The notes below the pieces were generated by a model, which saw only the letters and a list, made by a program, of their open reading frames with translations, was not told where the DNA came from and ran no database searches. Both the position numbers and the translations under genes were made by a program. 64,000 nt of DNA from a virus. Positions 1 through 9,545 of the stretch are shown piece after piece (position 1 is the first letter of the stretch; the number at the start of each line of letters is the position of its first letter). The stretch covers positions 1 through 64,000 of IMG/VR virus record IMGVR_UViG_3300046820_000975; one strand, given 5' to 3'.

Positions 1-2
1 TC

Positions 3-1208
3 TTTATTACTGGCGATTGTATTATTACACCTGTAGTACTTACAGGTTCTGTAATGACAGGTACCACAGTATTTAACTTTACAGGTACAACAAACATTTC
101 TGATACAACAACTGGTTTTAACTTTACTTGGAGTAATAGTATTATTATTAATACTTTTGGTACAATAACATTTGGAGCTAACTTTAACTTTGGAGGAAGT
201 GCTTTTACATATACTGCAGGTACAGTAGATATGATTACTAATGCATGTTTGTTTCGTGTAAATACTTCATGTACCTGGAACTCAGGGTCTATTATATTTA
301 GTACTTGGCAAATTAGAAATAACCCAACTATTACTTTAACATCAGATGTAATTGCACAAACTGTATTCTTTTCGCATACAGCAACATTTACTGCAACTAT
401 TAATGGTGCTTTTAAAATTTATGTAGGTGATCCTAATGGAAGTGTAGGAAACTTATATCATACAGCAGCAGGTGGTAGTATTGTACAAGGTACAGCAACA
501 ATTGAATTTACTGGTAAAGGTGGTGTTGGATATTGGATGAATTGGTATATATTCTTTGCTCCTGCTACTACAGGATATAGAGTAATGAACTGGAATATTA
601 ATGTAAATATTAATACTGCAGGAACCATATTTGTAATTGATAAAATGAATACTACTAATAACTATTCATATACACTTATGGGTGGAAGTAAAACATTTAC
701 TTATACTGCAGGAAACTTAATTACTAAAACAATAAGTACATTACCTGGTTCACAATTATCATTTAAAGGAGGTACTATACAATTTGCAACTGGTCATACT
801 ATCAATGGTTTAAATAAAATGACTTGGGGTAGAATAATATTAGCGGGTGGTGGATCATTTACAATGGATGAATTTCCATGTGGTAATGCAACTGTAGTAA
901 CTCAAATGACTTCTACTAGTACAACTAACTATACAATTACTTTAACAAGTAATACAAATAAAAATGAACGTATTGCAAACTTTATACGTGTAAAGAACTG
1001 TACACTTGCAAATGCTAATTCAAGACAAGTACTGATTACTCATCCTAAAGGAAACTTAGGTAGTAATGTAGGTTTAAGATTTGGTGATATAATGGGACAT
1101 ACTATTCCTAAAGCTTTAGAAACTAATCAACCTAAATTTAAATCAGGTAAAGAAATTGCTTACGGAGCTATGGGATTGGTGGCTGATCCTAACTTTTCAT
1201 CAATATAA
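3..1208 (+). CDS. Tail fibre/receptor-binding-like structural protein, 5'-truncated by window edge
   Basis: Frame is open from nt 3 through the ATG at 54. T/G/N-rich beta-solenoid-like composition with recurring FTYTAG motifs. Confidence 0.55.
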   Translation, partial: FITGDCIITPVVLTGSVMTGTTVFNFTGTTNISDTTTGFNFTWSNSIIINTFGTITFGANFNFGGSAFTYTAGTVDMITNACLFRVNTSCTWNSGSIIFSTWQIRNNPTITLTSDVIAQTVFFSHTATFTATINGAFKIYVGDPNGSVGNLYHTAAGGSIVQGTATIEFTGKGGVGYWMNWYIFFAPATTGYRVMNWNINVNINTAGTIFVIDKMNTTNNYSYTLMGGSKTFTYTAGNLITKTISTLPGSQLSFKGGTIQFATGHTINGLNKMTWGRIILAGGGSFTMDEFPCGNATVVTQMTSTSTTNYTITLTSNTNKNERIANFIRVKNCTLANANSRQVLITHPKGNLGSNVGLRFGDIMGHTIPKALETNQPKFKSGKEIAYGAMGLVADPNFSSI

Positions 1209-1220
1209 ACTATAAACAAA

Positions 1221-1364
1221 ATGGCAAAAGCTAAATCAACCAGTTCAACAGCAAACTTTCTAAAGAAGGTTCCTAAAACTCGCAAGTGGCAAGGTGCTAA
1301 AAAGCATTCTAAAAACAAAGCGTCAAAAAGTTATAAGAAACCTTACAGAGGACAAGGACGATAA
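1221..1364 (+). CDS. Small very basic protein, 47 aa (MAKAKST...SYKKPYRGQGR), not in ORF track
   Basis: Manual translation. A-rich leader before the ATG; terminator directly after the stop. Confidence 0.75.
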   Translation: MAKAKSTSSTANFLKKVPKTRKWQGAKKHSKNKASKSYKKPYRGQGR

Positions 1365-1390
1365 AGGGGAGGGTTTAACTCCCCTTTTTT
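1363..1390. terminator. Intrinsic terminator between convergent genes, probably bidirectional
   Basis: AAGGGGAG-N7-CTCCCCTT stem followed by a T tract. Confidence 0.8.
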
Positions 1391-1391
1391 A

Positions 1392-1784
1392 TTACCATCC
1401 CAAATCTAAACTAGTGTCTTTGTTTAACTTTAAATATTCTTCTTTAACTTCTTCTTCATTGCAGAATTGTATATGGTCCAATAACTCAACAACACTAACG
1501 TTGCAATCACAACGTGTTCCATTTTCATTGATACCAATTACAAGTGCATTTCCAAATATGATATTGTCAGAAAAGAAATCTGATTTAAATCCACCTTTAA
1601 GATTATCAACTGATTCAAACTCAGCTGTAGCATCACACAAGAATGCATTGTTCTCTTTTAAGTTTTCTGGTTTAATCAAATCCATGTAGCTACAATCAAC
1701 AATGTCATAGACATCTTGCAGTGTATTACCTACTTCTATTTCCTCCAAGCACTTGGATTTTACGTCAATAAGGATTGCTTTCAT
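1392..1784 (-). CDS. Hypothetical protein (DUF3846-like)
   Basis: MKAILID...IFGNALVIGINENG pattern typical of this phage family; recognised from memory. Confidence 0.5.
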   Translation of the reverse strand: MKAILIDVKSKCLEEIEVGNTLQDVYDIVDCSYMDLIKPENLKENNAFLCDATAEFESVDNLKGGFKSDFFSDNIIFGNALVIGINENGTRCDCNVSVVELLDHIQFCNEEEVKEEYLKLNKDTSLDLGW

Positions 1785-1793
1785 AATTCTAAT

Positions 1794-2423
1794 TTAAGGA
1801 CCAAAGTAATGAAACCCTGTATTGATTTCTTCATCATTACCTTCTTTCATGTTATAACACATGGTAGCTAATGTTGAGTTTATACTTTTTGATTTGTCCT
1901 CTTTCTTGATAAAATATTTTGATGTTTGAAGATACTTATAATCTTGAGAAACTTCAAACGCTTCTACATATTTTTTAGTAGCTGTCAACACATCATCCCA
2001 GGTGTACTCTGGGTATTCTTTGAAGAACCATTTAAATCTATCAAACAAATCTTTTGGATTAGTTCTGAAACTTATACTGGCTCCATCTTTCTTTCCTTTA
2101 GGAAAGATTTCATTGTACTCTTGAATCTTTGTTTCCCATTCTGAGAATGGAACTTCACTCTTCTTTACTGGTTTCATCTTGGCAACTATGTTAGTTGATT
2201 CTCTCAAGAGATGCAAACCTTTATCAGTAATTTTATAAATAGTATTATAAGTTGTACTTTCAGATTTAACTTCTACAAGATAACCACTTAAACTTAAACG
2301 ATACTGTTCATGTTTAAAGTTTACATAGTTAGGATACATGTAACCATTATGAGTGGCATGAAGGATGAATAACCCATTTGGCGTTACACCTTCTCTCACT
2401 AAATAATCATATAGATCTTTCAT
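1794..2423 (-). CDS. Putative replication-associated protein with wHTH-like N-terminus; likely start MKDLYDY at 2423
   Basis: YKITDKG wing-like motif and a C-terminal YLQTSKYFI motif. The longer start overlaps nrdJ. Confidence 0.4.
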   Translation of the reverse strand: MKDLYDYLVREGVTPNGLFILHATHNGYMYPNYVNFKHEQYRLSLSGYLVEVKSESTTYNTIYKITDKGLHLLRESTNIVAKMKPVKKSEVPFSEWETKIQEYNEIFPKGKKDGASISFRTNPKDLFDRFKWFFKEYPEYTWDDVLTATKKYVEAFEVSQDYKYLQTSKYFIKKEDKSKSINSTLATMCYNMKEGNDEEINTGFHYFGP

Positions 2424-2491
2424 AACAGTTTTCTTTAAGTGGTAATATAAGGGACAAAACAACCACGATTTGCCCCTTATATGACACATTA

Positions 2492-4423
2492 TTAACGTAC
2501 TGGACAAACTCCTCCTTCGCAGTCAGAGATATCCATATCCTCAAGCTTGATGTTAGAACTCTTATCAATAGATACAATTGTTTTAGTTCCTTGAACTAAT
2601 TCATCATACTTCTCTTTAGAGATTTCTTCCAATGGTGCTTGAATAAAACCATGCTCGCTGTGTAATAAAAACGATACAGATTTAACATTGATAAAGTTAA
2701 CTTTCAACCATTCAATGATTTCAGATAACTCGTTCTTTCTGTAGTAAATAGTAACAGACACAGCGTTGTCTGACCATTCTTTTTGTAAACGTTTGATAAC
2801 TTCTAACTGATCAACAGCAGACATATCATTTGCAAGTTTAGTTCCGTCTGGAACTTTACAAGGGAATGATACAACAACTGTGTTATGATCAGCAGTACCA
2901 TCAAAGTTTTTAACATACTCCACATGATAACCGTGTTCCTGACACACTGTTACAATAGGACTGTTAGATGCCATACGTATACGACGTATGTAGTGTTGTG
3001 CATAAGCAGGATGTGCACCAGAAGTAACACCAGCTAACAAACTTAAAGTACCTGAAGGTTTAACTGTTGTCAACTTAATTGAGCGATGAAAACCACATTT
3101 TGCAGAATAGTAATTATCATACTCACGTAAAGCTTCATATGCAGCACTTAACCAAGAACGTTGTTCTGGAGTTGCTTGCAAGTAACCAGTTACACCAATA
3201 CCCATACGCATGTTCTTGTGTACGATATCTTCAGTTTCTTTAATTGCACACTTGATTGCTAATGAATGTTTGTTGATGCGGTACAACAAACGCGTCACTT
3301 TCAACAACTCAGCGTAAGACGTAATGTTTGGTAAGTAAACTTCAGCAAGACAACATGTTTCAAAGTTTGCTAAAGATTGTTCTGCACAAGGATTGAATCC
3401 CATTACATCTGGATCTGGATATTGTATTTCATCAGTACGCCCCATACGACGGGAAGCTTCTAAGTTGATGATACCATAAGGTTCACCATTACCTTTGTAA
3501 CCTTCCCAAAACTCTTCTGGTAACGTTGTAATGTCATCACATACCACAGAGTTGTTACTCATTGCTCTCCAGTTAGGTATTGATACTAAGTCCCAACGTT
3601 TTGCACGTAAGAATTCAATATCATCACTATCACCAATTGCAATTTGTGCTGAGCGTCTAACATTACCTGCAACTACAATCATACCAATGATGTTCATGAT
3701 ATCTAAACAATCAATTGGACGTAAACGCTTGCCACTGCGTAAGTTAAGTACATTTACAATCTGACCAATACCCCATACTAAATCTTCTGGTCCTGATGCA
3801 ACTCCGCCAAAACCTTTGATTGGACTTCCTTTTGATCTGATTAAATGTGTAGCAAATGTAAACCCTGTACCAGTTACAAATGATGCTTCCAATACACGAC
3901 GTAACAATTCTACCCAACCTTCGCGGGAGTCAGGTACAATAAAATCAGCATCGTTTTTGTCAGATCTTGTAATCTGAACTTTAGCTTTTACCTTTGGAAT
4001 CTGATACACATGCTCACGCTGAATGTTGAATCCAACACCAGCACCTAACATAAGTAACTCAAACGCCCAGGTAAAAGGTCTGATAGGTTCATCTACCACT
4101 GTAAACGCACAGTTCTGAAGAGAAGGTAAACCTAATCTTTCTACAGTGTCTGTACCTAATTGCCACAAAAATCTACCTGCTACGGTACCTTTAAGTGACA
4201 ACATCATTTCACGCACATCATCCTCTTCTGCTGGGGTGAACCCAACACCAAGCTGCGTTCTGCACGCATTTAGCACGCGTTCAATGGTTTCTGACCATTC
4301 TTCTGTTCTGTCTCCGTGAGTTCTAGCATAGGTACGCTTGTAAGTTACATAACCTACTGGTCCCCAAGGAGTTACGATTGATTCAGGGTTTGTTTCTGAA
4401 TTAGTTGTTTCTAAATCTGACAT
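2492..4423 (-). CDS. nrdJ: Class II (adenosylcobalamin-dependent) ribonucleoside-triphosphate reductase
   Basis: YKRTYAR, LQNCAF, VAGNVRRSA, NPCAEQ, TTVKPSGTLSLL and C-terminal CEGGVCPVR motifs. Confidence 0.93.
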   Translation of the reverse strand: MSDLETTNSETNPESIVTPWGPVGYVTYKRTYARTHGDRTEEWSETIERVLNACRTQLGVGFTPAEEDDVREMMLSLKGTVAGRFLWQLGTDTVERLGLPSLQNCAFTVVDEPIRPFTWAFELLMLGAGVGFNIQREHVYQIPKVKAKVQITRSDKNDADFIVPDSREGWVELLRRVLEASFVTGTGFTFATHLIRSKGSPIKGFGGVASGPEDLVWGIGQIVNVLNLRSGKRLRPIDCLDIMNIIGMIVVAGNVRRSAQIAIGDSDDIEFLRAKRWDLVSIPNWRAMSNNSVVCDDITTLPEEFWEGYKGNGEPYGIINLEASRRMGRTDEIQYPDPDVMGFNPCAEQSLANFETCCLAEVYLPNITSYAELLKVTRLLYRINKHSLAIKCAIKETEDIVHKNMRMGIGVTGYLQATPEQRSWLSAAYEALREYDNYYSAKCGFHRSIKLTTVKPSGTLSLLAGVTSGAHPAYAQHYIRRIRMASNSPIVTVCQEHGYHVEYVKNFDGTADHNTVVVSFPCKVPDGTKLANDMSAVDQLEVIKRLQKEWSDNAVSVTIYYRKNELSEIIEWLKVNFINVKSVSFLLHSEHGFIQAPLEEISKEKYDELVQGTKTIVSIDKSSNIKLEDMDISDCEGGVCPVR

Positions 4424-4455
4424 GGTTAAAGTGTTTTAAAATTGAAAAAGGGTTG

Positions 4456-4485
4456 CAAATATACCACAGTTTTTCAAGGTTGCAA
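4456..4485 (-). promoter_or_regulatory. Bacteroidota sigma70-type promoter for nrdJ
   Basis: Minus strand TTG-N19-TATATTTG, about 30 nt upstream of the ATG. Confidence 0.65.
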
Positions 4486-4591
4486 CTCTCAACCTCAAAA
4501 AAATCTTATTATTAACTAAGTAAGTTTTCGTATCTTATTGTGTAAGGATAATTATGGAGCGTGGAGCACTCAATAATCTATAATTACAGGA

Positions 4592-5005
4592 ATGAAATAC
4601 ACTTTATTCTTAAAAACCAAATTCTGGTTACTTGCTGGGATGTCAATTCTTTTACCTATAAAAGGATTGATGTTTACTATTGGTTTTCTTGTGGGTGTTG
4701 ACATGATTGTTGGCATCTGGAAAGCACTCAAGTTAAACCAACGCATTCGTTCTCGTAGAATGAGTGACACTATTACTAAACTATTATTGTATCAAGTAGC
4801 AATTATATCTGGGTTTTTGATTCAGAAATATGTGCTTGTTGATACAATTCCAATTGCCAAACTTATAGGTACTGTTATTGCAATCATTGAGTTCAAGAGT
4901 ATTCTTGAAAGCATAGAAGCAGTCACGGGACAAGATGTATGGACAAAGATTAAAAAGATAATTGGTCGCAAGAGCGATGATGCTCGCGACATAATGGGTA
5001 GCTAA
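4592..5005 (+). CDS. Holin (phage holin family 4-like)
   Basis: Multiple TM segments, DMIVGIWKA and IEFKSILESIE motifs; first gene of the lysis cassette. Confidence 0.75.
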   Translation: MKYTLFLKTKFWLLAGMSILLPIKGLMFTIGFLVGVDMIVGIWKALKLNQRIRSRRMSDTITKLLLYQVAIISGFLIQKYVLVDTIPIAKLIGTVIAIIEFKSILESIEAVTGQDVWTKIKKIIGRKSDDARDIMGS

Positions 5006-5006
5006 T

Positions 5007-5630
5007 ATGATTTCACAAACCAAATTTTTCAGTATTATTATTGGGATTCTGATTGCTATTATTGTAGCACAGAGAGTATTTACTCCAACCCCAGAGTGTC
5101 CTCAAACTATTGAGCTTAGAGTTGACACAGTTTATAACACAGTTTCTAAGACTTTTACAAAGACTGTAAAGCTTGCTGGTAAAGATACCACATATCACGT
5201 AGTGGATACTATGTATTTAGTTGACACAAATTGTGAGGTAACTAAATCAAGATTTTTAAAGCTTGTTAAACAACACGTTACACGTAACATTTACAAAGAC
5301 ACACTTACTATTGATAGCATTGGTCATGTATATATCATTGATACTGTACAGTTTAACAAATTAGAACATAGAAAGTATACTTATAAATATAGCATTCCTA
5401 CAGTAACGATTACTAAAATCATACCTCCTGCGCGTGTGCGTCAACTATATGTTGGTGGTGGTATTGATGGTACCTATATTAACAAGACAGTAAATATTAC
5501 TGCTGCAAAAGCAGGTGTTTTATACAAAACCAAAAAAGACCAACTTTATGGAGCAACAGTAGGTGTATCTACAACTGGGTACTTAACCTATGGGTTGCAA
5601 TCTTACTGGAAAATAAAACTTAAAAAATAA
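5007..5630 (+). CDS. Membrane-anchored lysis-cassette protein (spanin candidate)
   Basis: N-terminal TM, repeated DT(V/T/M)Y motifs, C-terminal amphipathic beta strands. Confidence 0.5.
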   Translation: MISQTKFFSIIIGILIAIIVAQRVFTPTPECPQTIELRVDTVYNTVSKTFTKTVKLAGKDTTYHVVDTMYLVDTNCEVTKSRFLKLVKQHVTRNIYKDTLTIDSIGHVYIIDTVQFNKLEHRKYTYKYSIPTVTITKIIPPARVRQLYVGGGIDGTYINKTVNITAAKAGVLYKTKKDQLYGATVGVSTTGYLTYGLQSYWKIKLKK

Positions 5631-5635
5631 TAAAA

Positions 5636-5932
5636 ATGTTACTTACAACTGCCACATCTGCTGTACCATCTTTTGGTGTATTTGAAACCCTAACTCAATA
5701 TGGAGCTTTAGGTGTTATTACTTTAGGTCTTGGAGCTGCTCTTTGGTTTTTGTTAAAAAGACAGATTGCTTCTGAAGACAAACTCAAATCTGAAGTAGCT
5801 GAGCTACGTAAAGAGATGAATGAGTATATGCGTAAAGATCAAGGTGCAATGAAAGATGCTATTGAAAACAACACGCGTGCTTTGAATCAGATCCAGATTA
5901 TGATTATGCAACCTAAAAAAACTTCTAAATAA
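5636..5932 (+). CDS. Membrane protein with coiled coil (holin/antiholin-like)
   Basis: LTQYGALGVITLGLGAALWFLL TM segment followed by a heptad-like region. Confidence 0.5.
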   Translation: MLLTTATSAVPSFGVFETLTQYGALGVITLGLGAALWFLLKRQIASEDKLKSEVAELRKEMNEYMRKDQGAMKDAIENNTRALNQIQIMIMQPKKTSK

Positions 5933-6399
5933 TGAAAAAGTCATACACACTTTTGTACATACTGGTATTCTTATTGGTATCAGTTGTTGGTGTGACTATT
6001 TACGTTAGTGGTAAAAGTCATATTGATGCTGTAAATACTGCTGTAAAACTTGATAGTGCTAATGTAGCATTACAAGAACAAGTTATTGTAGTAAGTAAAA
6101 CTTATTCATCTAAGATGTCTAAATTAGATTCTGTAATTGCAAAGAAAGACTCTACAATTAAAGTTCAAAAAGGAAGCATCTTCAGTTTGATTGGACAAGT
6201 GGCAAAGCAAATGTTTGTAAAAACATCCTCTGTATTTGTTCATGATACAGTATTCATTACTGAAAAGAAGAACTTCTGGGGACGCACAAAAACATCTGTA
6301 GCAAAAACTGAGACTTTAGTTGACTCTAGCTCATCAACTATAGTACAAGAACCAATATTAATGGGATCAATGGTAGCTCCAGTTGATTCAACAAAATAA
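5932..6399 (+). CDS. N-terminally anchored coiled-coil protein (i-spanin-like)
   Basis: N-terminal TM, predicted helical periplasmic part, position in the lysis cassette. Confidence 0.45.
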   Translation: MKKSYTLLYILVFLLVSVVGVTIYVSGKSHIDAVNTAVKLDSANVALQEQVIVVSKTYSSKMSKLDSVIAKKDSTIKVQKGSIFSLIGQVAKQMFVKTSSVFVHDTVFITEKKNFWGRTKTSVAKTETLVDSSSSTIVQEPILMGSMVAPVDSTK

Positions 6400-6404
6400 T
6401 AATT

Positions 6405-6635
6405 ATGAAACAGTTATTCATTGACGAAACTGGTAAACTCTCTATGAAAAGAGTTTGCGGTTTACTATGTACAGTAGCACTTTGTGTTACTATGTATCAC
6501 AACTCGTTCTCACATGAAGATCAAAAACCTTCAGATATCTTAGTAGAATCTGTAGCTGCCTTAGCATTTGGTTGCTTAGGTTTATCTTCTATTGATAAAA
6601 TCTTTGGTAAAAAAGAAACTAAAACAAAAGAGTAA
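6405..6635 (+). CDS. Small two-TM holin-like protein
   Basis: GKLSMKRV motif, two hydrophobic segments, translationally coupled to the endolysin. Confidence 0.55.
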   Translation: MKQLFIDETGKLSMKRVCGLLCTVALCVTMYHNSFSHEDQKPSDILVESVAALAFGCLGLSSIDKIFGKKETKTKE

Positions 6636-7108
6636 TGCAATTATCTACACACTTATCATTAGCTGAGGTTACGTATTCTGAAACTGCAAAACGTGCAGGA
6701 GTATCTAACGAACCTACACCTGCTCATCTAGAAGCAATGAAAAAACTTGCTGAGCATATTTTTGAACCTATTAGAACTCACTTTGAAAAACCTATCAAAG
6801 TGTCTTCAGGTTACCGTTCTGCTGCATTGAATGCTATTACTCCAGGATCTTCTGCTACTTCACAACATTGTAAAGGTGAAGCTTTAGATTTGGATCAAGA
6901 CGGAATGCCTACAGGTGTTACTAACAAAATGGTATTTGATTATATCAAAGGTAACTTAAACTTTGATCAATTAATTTGGGAATATGGTACTGATAGTAAC
7001 CCTGATTGGGTGCATGTATCTTATTCTGCATCTGGTACTCAACGTAAAATGGTACTCAGGTGTAAAAGAGACAGTGCTGGAAAGCCAGTCTACACACCTT
7101 ACAAATAG
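6635..7108 (+). CDS. Endolysin, peptidase M15 family
   Basis: SSGYRS, SQHCKGEALD, FDQLIWE and WVHVSY zinc-peptidase motifs. Confidence 0.88.
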   Translation: MQLSTHLSLAEVTYSETAKRAGVSNEPTPAHLEAMKKLAEHIFEPIRTHFEKPIKVSSGYRSAALNAITPGSSATSQHCKGEALDLDQDGMPTGVTNKMVFDYIKGNLNFDQLIWEYGTDSNPDWVHVSYSASGTQRKMVLRCKRDSAGKPVYTPYK

Positions 7109-7137
7109 AAATAACCCCCTAATTAAAGGGGGTTTTT
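7109..7137. terminator. Intrinsic terminator between convergent operons
   Basis: AACCCCCT-N6-AGGGGGTT stem with T tract. Confidence 0.8.
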
Positions 7138-7140
7138 CAT

Positions 7141-7716
7141 TTAATCTAATGCTGGAAGAGTAAAGTCAATTACTTCTGATTCATCAATAGCGTAGTCAAT
7201 ACACATAGCAACAACCTTGTTGTACTTCTCTGCTACGTATAACTTGTATGAACCATCTCCAAAACCTGAATGACTAACAACACCTTCAGGGTATGTTTCA
7301 ACACCTGCTTGTTTGGTCCATATAAGTGAGCACATTCTTCTGTACCACTTCTCACCTTCAGTATTGTTTTCTCCAAACAGTTTAAGACATTCTGAAATTT
7401 CACTTAACAAGATAGGATCTGTAGTGATTTCAGCGTTATCATTTCTGTATGTTTCTTCTGAAAAGATACCACACTGGCCAGAGTCAACACCTAATACTCC
7501 TTTGTATTCTTTCCAGGTAAGTTTACTCTTTGCGTAGTCTTCATGAACTGCAAACAGCATTGAATTACGTTTATCTTCACCATCATAAAAGTCTAACTTT
7601 TTAGGGTAGATGTTGTAAACGCCAGGTTTGACATTTAATTTGATTTGACACCATGTACCTTTTTTATAACATGGGTCTGAAACAATAACTGTTTCTTTTA
7701 ATTTGATTTGTTGCAT
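7141..7716 (-). CDS. DUF4241-like protein
   Basis: VSDPCY, GVDSGQCG and SGFGDGSY motifs. Confidence 0.65.
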   Translation of the reverse strand: MQQIKLKETVIVSDPCYKKGTWCQIKLNVKPGVYNIYPKKLDFYDGEDKRNSMLFAVHEDYAKSKLTWKEYKGVLGVDSGQCGIFSEETYRNDNAEITTDPILLSEISECLKLFGENNTEGEKWYRRMCSLIWTKQAGVETYPEGVVSHSGFGDGSYKLYVAEKYNKVVAMCIDYAIDESEVIDFTLPALD

Positions 7717-7717
7717 A

Positions 7718-8473
7718 TTAGTAGTTAATTAGTGGTAAAATCTTCTCACGCACTTGAGCTGCTAAGTACTTGACATCTTTTGTATTATCGATATAAACGT
7801 CAAAGTCATAACCTTTATCAAGCGCTGTTTCAGATATGTGAGTATTATCTGGCATCATAGGTCTTGTAATGCGTACAAGTAATCCTTTCTTAGCTCTGAT
7901 TGCATTAAATTCATTTGGAAATCTTACATCAGTAATAATTTGTTTCTTATCAGTGCTGTAACCTGCAAGCAATGCGTTAACCCACGCGTTTGGATGTAAA
8001 TGATTTCTGATGGCATCAGTTCCTATTTCTTGCAAAAACTGACGTACAGTCATTTGTTTCTCAATAGGTTCATATTCCATATCAAATTCACCATACATAG
8101 GTTTTAATACATGCTCTATAGATTCTTCAGCTGATTCTTTTGTCAAATGTCTACCAGTGTGTAACATAATCTTACCTTCTGACATCACTGCAATTTCCCA
8201 GTAATTCCATTCAGGACCTAAGTTTGTTAACTTAAAGTCTTGATCTTCAAACTTTTGTATAGGGATTCCAGTTAATAAAGCTGCACACTCTTTTAATTTG
8301 CCAGCAAACTTTTTAATCTGATATCCTTCACTAAAAGGATAACCAGCATCAATAATAATCTTTACTTGCACATCAGTAAGTTTATCATGATCAGTCATGA
8401 TCTGAATAATCTTGGCAAGTAAATCCTTACCATGACCAATCTTACCAGAGATTCCAATCAAACTTGTTTTCAT
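7718..8473 (-). CDS. Deoxynucleoside monophosphate kinase
   Basis: GISGKIGHGKD P-loop, KKFAGKLK, RQFLQEIGTD, ITDVRFPNE, HISETALD. Confidence 0.88.
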   Translation of the reverse strand: MKTSLIGISGKIGHGKDLLAKIIQIMTDHDKLTDVQVKIIIDAGYPFSEGYQIKKFAGKLKECAALLTGIPIQKFEDQDFKLTNLGPEWNYWEIAVMSEGKIMLHTGRHLTKESAEESIEHVLKPMYGEFDMEYEPIEKQMTVRQFLQEIGTDAIRNHLHPNAWVNALLAGYSTDKKQIITDVRFPNEFNAIRAKKGLLVRITRPMMPDNTHISETALDKGYDFDVYIDNTKDVKYLAAQVREKILPLINY

Positions 8474-8625
8474 TAGCGTATACTTTTAAATCTGTCTAGT
8501 AATACTGTACGATCCAATTTGATACGATACTTGATACGCAAATATCGCATGACCAAAAAGAACTTATTGGTCTTTGTGTTTCTTTTAGAAACCTTTTCAA
8601 TTGTTGTTTTGATTAAATCTTTCAT
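8473..8625 (-). CDS. Small basic hypothetical protein, 50 aa, not in ORF track
   Basis: Manual translation MKDLIKTT...DRFKSIR. The stop overlaps the next ATG. Confidence 0.6.
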   Translation of the reverse strand: MKDLIKTTIEKVSKRNTKTNKFFLVMRYLRIKYRIKLDRTVLLDRFKSIR

Positions 8626-8678
8626 AAGGATTAATTTATAAGTCTGCCACAAAGTTAATTATGGCAGACTTACATTAA

Positions 8679-9536
8679 TTAGAATGGTAAACCCTCAACT
8701 TTTATATGAGTTTCAGGTGTTTCTGCAGTAAGACTAGGTTCTTCTGCTGTACTAAACTTAGGTTTTGCTGCATCACTTATTTTTCCATCAAGCAAATTAA
8801 CAAAAGTAGGACGCAACGTTCTTAAGAATGTTTCAAAGAAATAACGTGGATGTACGTATTCCATATACATTTTATTGTAAATAGCATACAGTTTACCAAT
8901 TGTAATTTGTTCAGGATTCTTAAACAAAGTCGCATACTCTTTACTCAAATAAGTTGCTTGCACACTTGTAATTTTTGATTTCTCAAAAAAGTATTCATTG
9001 AAAATAGCATAAGCATCTTGCTTGGTTGCTTTTAATGTTTCGTCATTTAATTTATTTGCAAAAGCATATATCTTTTCAAATTCAACATGTGCGTTTAATC
9101 CAGCAATATGCTCTGCAAATTTTTCAGGTTTTGTAACAGCATACAATGAACTAAAAAAATTTGTAGTACTCAATGTACGTGGAAAAATCAACGTATTGTT
9201 TAACGGATTGCGTAATGCAAGTATTGCTTCAAATTTACTACGTTTGCAGTTTTTGTTACTAACAATAACAGTTGGTTGATAATATCCAGTTTCAGGAAAT
9301 GCATCACTGGGATTCATTGTAGCAAAGCTAGCAATTAGCACCATGTATTCACCTTTACTGTCTGCCATAATTGATTCTTCTGTAACAACACAGTTTTTAG
9401 ATTCAATAGCTTTTCTAATTAATTCGTAAACCAATTTGTTAGATGGTGCCCACCATTTCAATTCTTCCAATTTACTTATTGGATCTATTGTTACTATTTT
9501 ATTTAGTGCTTCTGAATTCTTTAAAGTTGTTTTCAT
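8679..9536 (-). CDS. Hypothetical protein downstream of DNA polymerase
   Basis: Long ORF co-oriented and tightly packed with neighbours. Confidence 0.6.
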   Translation of the reverse strand: MKTTLKNSEALNKIVTIDPISKLEELKWWAPSNKLVYELIRKAIESKNCVVTEESIMADSKGEYMVLIASFATMNPSDAFPETGYYQPTVIVSNKNCKRSKFEAILALRNPLNNTLIFPRTLSTTNFFSSLYAVTKPEKFAEHIAGLNAHVEFEKIYAFANKLNDETLKATKQDAYAIFNEYFFEKSKITSVQATYLSKEYATLFKNPEQITIGKLYAIYNKMYMEYVHPRYFFETFLRTLRPTFVNLLDGKISDAAKPKFSTAEEPSLTAETPETHIKVEGLPF

Positions 9537-9545
9537 AAATGAAAA

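Noticed and set aside
54-1208. Diversity-generating retroelement targeting fibre genes
   Set aside because: No reverse transcriptase and no template/variable repeat pair were seen in this window.
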